From an uncultured Bacilli bacterium (GTDB lineage: Bacteria; Bacillota_I; Bacilli_A; RF39; UBA660), in NCBI GenBank assembly GCA_944363835.1, contig CALVVJ010000001.1:1-56056 (forward strand): a stretch of 56,056 nt of DNA, read 5' to 3'. Shown one piece after another: positions 1 through 6,842 of the stretch. A program made the position numbers and the translations under genes. Numbering within the stretch: the first letter of the stretch is position 1; each line of letters starts with the position of its first letter. The notes beneath the pieces are model-generated. The model ran no database searches. It had not been told where the DNA came from and was given only the letters and a program-made list of their open reading frames with translations.

Positions 1-20
1 GGGGGGGGGGGGGGGGGGGG
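1..20. other. 20-nt poly-G run at the contig edge (probable sequencing or assembly artefact)
   Basis: The window opens with 20 consecutive G in an otherwise very AT-rich sequence. This is typical of no-signal poly-G read ends. It also creates the apparent GTG start of the first ORF. Confidence 0.6.
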
Positions 21-439
21 TGTTGGAGGGGAGTAATATTGTTAATGTTAAACAATTATTGAATGATGAAACAAGAGATTACATTCTTATAATTAAAGAA
101 GCTGGTAAATTTTATCGTGCTTATGATATTGATGCACTCATTATTAATATGTTAATTGGTTATCAAGTTACCATGGGACCAAAAATAGGCTTTCCCGACA
201 ATGCTTTGTCTAAAGTAATAAATAGACTAGAAGAAAATAAAATTTCATATCGTTCTATAGTAAAAGGACAAATTGAAAAAGAATATAATTATAAAAAACT
301 AAATCAATACAATAAATTTGCAAGCATTGCTAGAAAAACTGCAGATTTAAACAATCGACTAGATTTAATTGTAAAGAAAGTTAAAAAAGCAGATGATGAA
401 AAAATATCTGAAATTATTGAATATTTAGAAAATGTTTAA
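20..439 (+). CDS. MutS domain I-like small protein (MSL-type DGR accessory); the 5' end may be truncated by the contig edge
   Basis: The segment DYILIIKEAGKFYRAYDIDALIINMLIGYQVTMGPKIGFPDNALSKVINRLEENKISY follows the MutS mismatch-binding domain I pattern (vlfr.GdFYElfgeDA....L.i.lt....ipmaGvP.h.l..yi.kLv..G.kV). It overlaps the next ORF by 8 nt, which suggests an operon. The start is created by the poly-G artefact. Confidence 0.6.
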   Translation: MLEGSNIVNVKQLLNDETRDYILIIKEAGKFYRAYDIDALIINMLIGYQVTMGPKIGFPDNALSKVINRLEENKISYRSIVKGQIEKEYNYKKLNQYNKFASIARKTADLNNRLDLIVKKVKKADDEKISEIIEYLENV

Positions 440-788
440 AATTGTTGGTAATGATTTTAACATTCTAAATAAATATAAAATATTTATTATAGAATTGGAT
501 AATTTAATCGAAAATATACCTCGTAAAGATTACTTTTATAAAGATAAAATAAGAAAAGTATCAAATTACATTTTAGAATTGATTCTAAAATGTAATTATG
601 AAACTGATAATTCTAATATTAATTATTATGTAACTAATATTAAAGGAAGTATTGCTTATTTAGACTTTTTACTAGATAGGTTATATGATATGAAATATAT
701 TAATGAAAAGAATCTTTATAAAATAACTTTAAAGTTAATTGAAATAAATAAAATGGTAATAGGATGGTTAAATAATAAATGCAAGTGA
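432..788 (+). CDS. avd: Avd (accessory variability determinant), four-helix-bundle protein
   Basis: The protein is 118 aa and its ORF overlaps the RT start by 10 nt. Its pattern IPRKDYFYKDKIRKVSNYILELI ... GSIAYLDFLLDRL..KYINEKN...EINKMVIGWL matches the Avd / 23S-rRNA-IVS four-helix-bundle family layout. Confidence 0.75.
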   Translation: MFKIVGNDFNILNKYKIFIIELDNLIENIPRKDYFYKDKIRKVSNYILELILKCNYETDNSNINYYVTNIKGSIAYLDFLLDRLYDMKYINEKNLYKITLKLIEINKMVIGWLNNKCK

Positions 789-1843
789 ATTTAAGTGATT
801 TAAAACTAGTTTATGAACAAGAAATAAGAAAGAATGTTAAAAATAGAAAAAAGATATTTAAGTTTGAAACTCAAAAACTAGAATATCTTTTAGATATAAA
901 AAGAATATTAGAAAATAATTTATATGATGGTGGAAGATATAATATATTTCTAATATATAAACCAAAACTAAGGGTGGTGATGAGTCAAAGTATTTATGAT
1001 AAAGTAATAAATCATTATGTATCAAGATTTATACTTATACCTAAATTAAGTAAATATTTAAATAATAGAAATTGTGCAACAAGAAAAAATATGGGAATTG
1101 ATTATGCCATAAAATTATTTAAGAAAGATATTGAAAGTTTTAAAAAGTATAAAGAATTTTACTTTTTAAAACTAGATATTTCTAAGTTCTTTTATAGCAT
1201 CGATCATAACGTTTTATTAAATCTTATAAAAGAAGATTTAACAAGTGAAGAATATGATTTAGTTAAAGTAATACTTGATAGTACAAATAAACCATATATA
1301 AATAAAATAATAAGTAATTTTGAAAATAAGTTAGGTATAACTTTACCAAAATATGAATATAATAAAGGCTTACCAATTGGTAACCAATCATCACAATTTC
1401 TAGCCATATTTTACTTAGCAAAATTACAACATTTCATGATACATAATTTACATTTGAAGTTTGTCAATTATATGGACGATTATGTAATCATCCATCAAGA
1501 CAAAGTATATTTAAAGAAATGTTTAGATATTATTACTAGTAAATTATCTAATGAATATAATTTGTTAGTAAATAAAAATAAAACTTATATATCATCATCT
1601 AAAAATGGTATACCATTTTTAGGATATAATTGTAAAGCTATAAATAATAAAACAATAATTAGATTAAAGAGTAATAGTAAGAATAATATTAAAAAAGGTA
1701 TTAAAAGAACTAAGTATTTATTTACTAACAATTTAATAAATTTTGATAAATTATTTAGTAGTATAGAAAACTATAAGCATAGTTATCCATATACTACAGC
1801 TAGTGATGCCTATAATATTTTTAATAGATATTGGGGTGGGTAA
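779..1843 (+). CDS. DGR reverse transcriptase
   Basis: RT motifs are present: FFYSIDH, LPIGNQSSQFLA (the DGR-specific I/LGxxxSQ motif 4, nt 1376-1396), YMDD (nt 1469-1480), NKNKT and IPFLGY. The TR starts 9 nt after the stop codon. Confidence 0.93.
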   Translation: MQVNLSDLKLVYEQEIRKNVKNRKKIFKFETQKLEYLLDIKRILENNLYDGGRYNIFLIYKPKLRVVMSQSIYDKVINHYVSRFILIPKLSKYLNNRNCATRKNMGIDYAIKLFKKDIESFKKYKEFYFLKLDISKFFYSIDHNVLLNLIKEDLTSEEYDLVKVILDSTNKPYINKIISNFENKLGITLPKYEYNKGLPIGNQSSQFLAIFYLAKLQHFMIHNLHLKFVNYMDDYVIIHQDKVYLKKCLDIITSKLSNEYNLLVNKNKTYISSSKNGIPFLGYNCKAINNKTIIRLKSNSKNNIKKGIKRTKYLFTNNLINFDKLFSSIENYKHSYPYTTASDAYNIFNRYWGG

Positions 1844-1851
1844 TTCTTATG

Positions 1852-1946
1852 TAACTCCGAACTCATCGAACTCGAACAATGTGTTCAACGTGAACAACAA
1901 CGGCAACTTGAACAACAACAACGCGAACAACGGCAATTCTGCCCGG
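1852..1946 (+). repeat. DGR template repeat (TR)
   Basis: This 95-bp segment is 81/95 identical to 3323-3417. All 14 differences lie at TR adenines. It is rich in AAC (16 AAY codons in the VR frame) and is locally much more GC-rich than its surroundings. Confidence 0.93.
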
Positions 1947-2047
1947 GAGAGCCCTAAATGTTTGATGTTTAATTGGTTAAGGCTAGTTAAGAATAAGCAT
2001 TAAGGACATGAATTATCCAAGAGTATAACTCTAAATAAGTGATAGAT

Positions 2048-2069
2048 GGAAAAGTCTACGGACTTTTCC
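2048..2069 (+). other. Stable hairpin with a cUACGg tetraloop in the non-coding spacer 3' of TR
   Basis: The arm ggaaaagtc (2048-2056) pairs with gacttttcc (2061-2069), enclosing the loop tacg. The flanks gatag / ctatc can extend the helix. It sits in the 150-nt non-coding segment 1947-2096. Confidence 0.5.
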
Positions 2070-2096
2070 TAGAACTATCACAGATAAAGGAATGCT

Positions 2097-2387
2097 ATGA
2101 ATGAAAGAGTAAACATATTAAGAAAATTATATCCAAATTATCTAATATTAGTAAAACATAAAGATAAAATAAAATTTGTGGGTATTGATAAAATAATTGT
2201 AGATACATTTGGATTAAAGAAACTAAAAAATGTTAATAAATTATTATTAGATAATTTGGATATAAAAATATTAGAAGAATATGACAATAACTTATATGAA
2301 AAACACTACATAAAAATAAAATTATTAAAAATAGTTAATATACTAAAGGAAGGGCTAAAAGATGAAAAAAAGATTAATAATTATTAG
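2097..2387 (+). CDS. Small DGR-embedded protein, weakly similar to the N-terminal part of ORF 20-439 (degenerate MutS-I-like?)
   Basis: The protein is 96 aa and its ORF overlaps the target gene start by 26 nt. By eye, LYPNYLILVKHKDKIKFVGIDKIIVDTFG aligns with RDYILIIKEAGKFYRAYDIDALIINMLIG of the first ORF. The GxFY core is not conserved. Confidence 0.45.
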   Translation: MNERVNILRKLYPNYLILVKHKDKIKFVGIDKIIVDTFGLKKLKNVNKLLLDNLDIKILEEYDNNLYEKHYIKIKLLKIVNILKEGLKDEKKINNY

Positions 2388-3501
2388 TATTGTAATAGTT
2401 GTAATATTTATTAGTATTATAGTCATGGGCTATAATACTAATAGTAATAAAACTTTTACTCAAGATGGAGTAACTTATGCATTAACGCTTGATGGAGCAA
2501 GTACTAATTCGTTTCCATCTAAAGGAATGTACCGAGCAGATGTTACTTGTGAAGGTGCTACAGGAACATGGCTTTATGATGAGTGGCAACTGGCTATTGA
2601 AGATATTACAAGTGATAATATAACTTGTGATATTGATTTTACAACTATTTCTCAAACTAACCTCAATAGTTATATTATGAATCTTAGTGGTAGTGAGCAA
2701 GGCACAGGACAAGTGGTTAATGAAAATGGATATCGCTATGAAGGCAAGAATCCAAATAATTATGTATGGTTCAATAATGAATTGTGGAGAATCATCGGGG
2801 TATTTGATGAAAACTCACATGGACAATCTGGCCAAAATCTAGTAAAGATAATTAGAAATGATTCCATAGGTGGATTAGCTTGGCACAAGTCAAATACGAA
2901 TGATTGGACAGTATCAAGTTTAATGAATTTGTTAAATGGAGCATATTTGAATAGTGAAAACGGTACTGGTGGAGAATATTGTTATGGATATTCAACAACA
3001 GTTCCTGCAGGAAATTGTGATTATACAGAATCTGGAATAAATGATACATATAGACCAATGATAGAAAATGTAACTTGGTATTTGGGAGGATATTCAAGTA
3101 CAAGTGCAACGGCAGAAGCATTCTATGGGTATGAAAGAGGAGATACAGTATATAGTGGAAGACCAACAAGTACTACAGGGTATATAGGCCTTATGTATCC
3201 AAGTGATTATGGATATAGTGTACTAGCTAGTTCATGTGCAAGAACAACAAATTTAGGTTCATATAGTAATTCAACATGTGCAGGACAAAGCTGGATGTAT
3301 GGGCAAGGCTATGAATGGACAATTACTCCGTACTCGTCGCGCTCGAACGGTGTGTTCATCGTGAACTACTACGGCAACTTGAACAGCAACAACGCGTTCA
3401 GCGGCAATTCTGCCCGGCCTGTCTTGTATCTAGACTCTTCTGTCTATGTAATTGACGGAAATGGATCTCAAAGTGATCCATACATAATAGGAATGGGATA
3501 A
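2362..3501 (+). CDS. DGR target (variable) protein, N-terminally membrane-anchored extracellular protein
   Basis: It has an N-terminal signal anchor (MKKRLIIISIVIVVIFISIIVMGY). The VR (3323-3417) encodes TPYSSRSNGVFIVNYYGNLNSNNAFSGNSAR near the C-terminus. The tail is ARPVLYLD...GNGSQSDPYIIGMG. Confidence 0.9.
   Translation: MKKRLIIISIVIVVIFISIIVMGYNTNSNKTFTQDGVTYALTLDGASTNSFPSKGMYRADVTCEGATGTWLYDEWQLAIEDITSDNITCDIDFTTISQTNLNSYIMNLSGSEQGTGQVVNENGYRYEGKNPNNYVWFNNELWRIIGVFDENSHGQSGQNLVKIIRNDSIGGLAWHKSNTNDWTVSSLMNLLNGAYLNSENGTGGEYCYGYSTTVPAGNCDYTESGINDTYRPMIENVTWYLGGYSSTSATAEAFYGYERGDTVYSGRPTSTTGYIGLMYPSDYGYSVLASSCARTTNLGSYSNSTCAGQSWMYGQGYEWTITPYSSRSNGVFIVNYYGNLNSNNAFSGNSARPVLYLDSSVYVIDGNGSQSDPYIIGMG
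3323..3417 (+). repeat. DGR variable repeat (VR)
   Basis: This is the counterpart of TR 1852-1946, at an offset of 1471 nt. Nine TR AAY codons are recoded here (Y, R, G, I, Y, Y, S, F, S). The 3' end cggcaattctgcccgg is identical in both copies, like an IMH (initiation of mutagenic homing) sequence. Confidence 0.93.
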
Positions 3502-3509
3502 CCTTTAAT

Positions 3510-3540
3510 CCTCCGCCGGCGGCTGTCCCCGCCACGGAGG
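3510..3540 (+). promoter_or_regulatory. GC-rich hairpin immediately after the DGR target gene (candidate target-recognition cruciform and/or terminator)
   Basis: The sequence is cctccg-cc-ggcgg-ctgtcc-ccgcc-a-cggagg, giving 6+5 bp of G:C-rich stem in a ~30% GC genome. It starts 9 nt after the stop codon and has no T-run after it. Confidence 0.6.
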
Positions 3541-3599
3541 CCGAGTTATCAACAAACTCTTGCGATATCATAGTAATTATGATACCATAAGTTTGGTGA

Positions 3600-6500
3600 T
3601 TGACTATGGCTAAATATATGAGTATAACAGATATAATTAATAATACAAATATAAGTAAGTATTTTACTATTCAAGAACTTTACCAAGCATCTTCTATTTT
3701 ACCAAGGTGTGAAATAGAACTGCTTGATAAAGAAGAAACTTTTGATAGTAAAATATTTTCTTTTTTTATGGAAGTTCACAATTACTATTACGAACATTGT
3801 GGAGTAGAAATAGAAATTAAAGATAATGATATAATTAATATATCTTGTACATGTCATAATTTTGAACATCATGATAAATGTATTCATGTTGCTGTAGTTA
3901 TTCTTGCTTGTTACAAAATCTTATTTCCGATTTTTTCTGATCCTAAAAGAATATCTAATGCTATATTAGAACAATTTTTAGTAAATAGTAAACCTACAAT
4001 AAAGAAGGAAGTAGATTTAGAATTAAAACTAGATATTAATAGCAGTTATTATCATGAATTTTTAGAACCTAAAGTTAATATCGGCGAAAATAGATTATAT
4101 AGCCTAAATAATAAAGTAAGTGCATTTAAGAGTGTTTATGAAGATGGAGTAGGTGAAGTAAAGTTTGGAAAAAACTTTACTTTTAATCCGGAACTTAATT
4201 ATTTTAATGAAGAAAATAGAAAAGTTATTGATGCATTCTTAGAATATACCGGAGGAGTAAATGGAAGATATCATTCTCCTCAAGAATTAAAAAGATTCTT
4301 AAGTAAAATTAAAGATATAAGATTTATCTATAATGATTATTTAGTTAGTGGAATAAAGAAAGGATTTCCTCTAAAAACTAAATTAAGTAAAAATAGTGAT
4401 AATTATAATCTAAATTTTGATACTAATGAATTTAATTTATTAATTGATAATGATTATGAATATGTCTTTTATAAAGGAAGTATATATCACTTAAATAAAA
4501 AAGAAAGAGAATTATTAGAAACAATAATTGATAATGAACTAAATAATATTACTATCGAAAAAGATAAAGTAAATGTATTTACTAAAGGCTTAATGAATAT
4601 TGTTAAAAACAATATGGATGTTGATGCATCAGTTGATGATATAGTTGTAACTAAAGATATAGTATGTGAATTATACTTTGATTTAAGAAGAGATTATATA
4701 ATATGTGATGTTATATTTATCTATGATAAAGAAGTAGTTAATTACTTTGATGCAAATTCTCTAGTCCTAAGGGACATGGAATTTGAATCAAGGGTTATTA
4801 ATGACTTACTTATGTATTCTTTTGAAATAAAGAACAATAAATTAATACTTGTTGATTTAGAAAAAGAAGTAAAGTTTATTGAAGATGGTTTAGAAGAATT
4901 ATCAAGTAAGTATGTAGTATATACTACAGAAAAATTTAAGAAGATGAATATACGTAAGAAAACTAATATTACATCGATGTTTGGTATAGGTAAGGATAAC
5001 ATATTAAGTTTTAATTTTTCTCTTGGAGATATACCTAGTGATGAATTAGTAAATGTATTTAAAAGTATTAAAAATAAGAAAAGATATTATAAATTAAAAA
5101 GTGGTGATATTCTAAATCTAGAAGATGAATCATTGCAAGAACTAGAAAATCTAACAGAAGAATTAGAGTTAACTGATGAAGATATCATAAATGGTCATGG
5201 AAGTATACTTAAATACCGGGCAATATATTTAGATAGTCTAAAAAATACTAAGTATAGTAATATAATTAAAACTGATAATTTATTTGATAATTTAATTAAA
5301 AACTTTTATGCCTTCAAAGATAGTGAACTTACTTTGAAGGACTTAAGTCAGTTAAGAGATTATCAAGTAACTGGTGTTAAATGGTTGTATAATTTGGATA
5401 AAACAGGCTTCGGAGGTATTCTTGCTGATGAAATGGGACTAGGTAAGACTATTCAAATAATTTATTATATTAAAGAGATGTTATTAGAAAATAAAGATTA
5501 TAAATTCTTAATAGTTGTACCAACTAGCCTCGCTTATAACTGGGAACATGAGTTTGATGAATTTGCACCGGAAATTAAAAAGACAATTTGTGTCGGTAAT
5601 AAAGAAAGAAGAATTAAGATATTAAATGATTTAGATAATGTGAGTGTCTTAATTACTACTTATGGTATTTTAAGAGAAGATGAATTATTATATGAAGATA
5701 AAAATTTCCATGCTGTAATTATTGATGAAGCTCAAAACATTAAAAATAATATGGCAGGTATTACTAAAGTTGTCAAAAATATCAAAGGAGATGTTAAGTT
5801 TGCTCTAACTGGTACACCACTAGAAAATTCAATATTAGAGTTATGGAGTATCTTTGATTTTGTTATGCCTGGTTATTTAACTAGCCTAACTAAATTTCAA
5901 AGTAAATATAAAATAAAAGATTTTAATGAGGATAGTGAAACTTTACTTAAAGGATTATCTCATCAAATAAATCCATTTATCTTAAGAAGAAGAAAAAAAG
6001 ATGTTATTAAAGAATTACCTGATAAATTAATAAATGATATTTATATTGATTTATCCGATGAACAAAAAAAGTTATATGCGGCGGAGCTTGAACGAGTAAA
6101 GAAAGAAATGGATGAAATAATAGAAAGTGGAGGAATGTCTAAAGCAAGATTCTTAATTTTACAATTACTTGTAAAATTAAGACAGATTTGTATTGATCCA
6201 AGTATTATTTATGATAATTATGATGGGGGAAGTAATAAAATAGATACATTAATTAATATTATTAATGAATATAGTGCTAATGGTCATAAAATGTTAATAT
6301 TCTCATCATTTAGAACTGCTCTTAATTTAGTTAAAGAAAGACTAGATAAAGAAAAAATTAAATATTATATGATTGATGGCGGAGTAAGTTCAAAAAGTAG
6401 AATTAACATGGTAGATGATTTTAATTTAAGAAAGGATACCAAAGTATTTTTAATAACCCTTAAGGCTGGTGGTACAGGACTTAATCTTGCTTCTGCTGAT

Positions 6501-6767
6501 GTTGTGATTCACCTAGACTTATGGTGGAATCCCCAAGCGGAAAATCAAGCAACTGATAGAGCCCATAGAATAGGACAAAAAAATATAGTGGAAGTAATAC
6601 ATTTAATTTCTAAAGGTACTATAGAAGAAAAAATATTGGAACTGCAAAATAAGAAAAGAATGCTTAGTGATAAATTAATTGATGGGGAAGTTCGAGATAA
6701 GAATTTATTATCTGAATTAACTGAAGAAGATATTAGAAATTTACTTGCTTATGAAAATAAAGAATAA
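3600..6767 (+). CDS. SNF2-family helicase with an N-terminal SWIM zinc finger (YwqA-like)
   Basis: It has a SWIM CxCx(n)CxH motif (ISCTCHNFEHHDKCIH). SNF2 motifs are present: LADEMGLGKT, DEAQNIKN, LTGTPLEN. Helicase C motifs are present: TLKAGGTGLNL, WWNPQAENQATDRAHRIGQ. The start is ambiguous (TTG 3600, ATG 3606 or ATG 3618). Confidence 0.9.
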   Translation: MTMAKYMSITDIINNTNISKYFTIQELYQASSILPRCEIELLDKEETFDSKIFSFFMEVHNYYYEHCGVEIEIKDNDIINISCTCHNFEHHDKCIHVAVVILACYKILFPIFSDPKRISNAILEQFLVNSKPTIKKEVDLELKLDINSSYYHEFLEPKVNIGENRLYSLNNKVSAFKSVYEDGVGEVKFGKNFTFNPELNYFNEENRKVIDAFLEYTGGVNGRYHSPQELKRFLSKIKDIRFIYNDYLVSGIKKGFPLKTKLSKNSDNYNLNFDTNEFNLLIDNDYEYVFYKGSIYHLNKKERELLETIIDNELNNITIEKDKVNVFTKGLMNIVKNNMDVDASVDDIVVTKDIVCELYFDLRRDYIICDVIFIYDKEVVNYFDANSLVLRDMEFESRVINDLLMYSFEIKNNKLILVDLEKEVKFIEDGLEELSSKYVVYTTEKFKKMNIRKKTNITSMFGIGKDNILSFNFSLGDIPSDELVNVFKSIKNKKRYYKLKSGDILNLEDESLQELENLTEELELTDEDIINGHGSILKYRAIYLDSLKNTKYSNIIKTDNLFDNLIKNFYAFKDSELTLKDLSQLRDYQVTGVKWLYNLDKTGFGGILADEMGLGKTIQIIYYIKEMLLENKDYKFLIVVPTSLAYNWEHEFDEFAPEIKKTICVGNKERRIKILNDLDNVSVLITTYGILREDELLYEDKNFHAVIIDEAQNIKNNMAGITKVVKNIKGDVKFALTGTPLENSILELWSIFDFVMPGYLTSLTKFQSKYKIKDFNEDSETLLKGLSHQINPFILRRRKKDVIKELPDKLINDIYIDLSDEQKKLYAAELERVKKEMDEIIESGGMSKARFLILQLLVKLRQICIDPSIIYDNYDGGSNKIDTLINIINEYSANGHKMLIFSSFRTALNLVKERLDKEKIKYYMIDGGVSSKSRINMVDDFNLRKDTKVFLITLKAGGTGLNLASADVVIHLDLWWNPQAENQATDRAHRIGQKNIVEVIHLISKGTIEEKILELQNKKRMLSDKLIDGEVRDKNLLSELTEEDIRNLLAYENKE

Positions 6768-6842
6768 TTCTGTTTCGCAAAAAGAAAAAAAATTGCTTTT
6801 TGCGAAATGACATGATACAATATTATCAAGAGGTGAATACAC

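Larger units (their letters stand above)
20..3540 (+). mobile_element. Diversity-generating retroelement (DGR) cassette: MutS-I-like protein, Avd, RT, TR, small ORF, target gene with VR, GC hairpin
   Basis: The RT carries DGR-type motifs. A 95-bp TR/VR pair has mismatches only at TR adenines. An Avd-like four-helix-bundle ORF overlaps the RT start. A GC-rich hairpin lies after the target gene. Confidence 0.92.

Noticed and set aside
779-1843. Possibility that the RT belongs to a retron, a group II intron or an Abi-type defence system
   Set aside because: The IGxxxSQ motif, the adjacent Avd-like ORF and a TR/VR pair with adenine-only mismatches identify it as a DGR RT. No intron RNA domains or msr/msd-like inverted repeats were seen next to it.
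1803-2003. A 66-aa ORF (…NSSNSNNVFNVNNNGNLNNNNANNGNSAR…) overlapping the end of the RT gene
   Set aside because: It is simply the translation of the DGR template repeat in the VR frame. It has no SD, and the TR functions as RNA. It is not a protein-coding gene.
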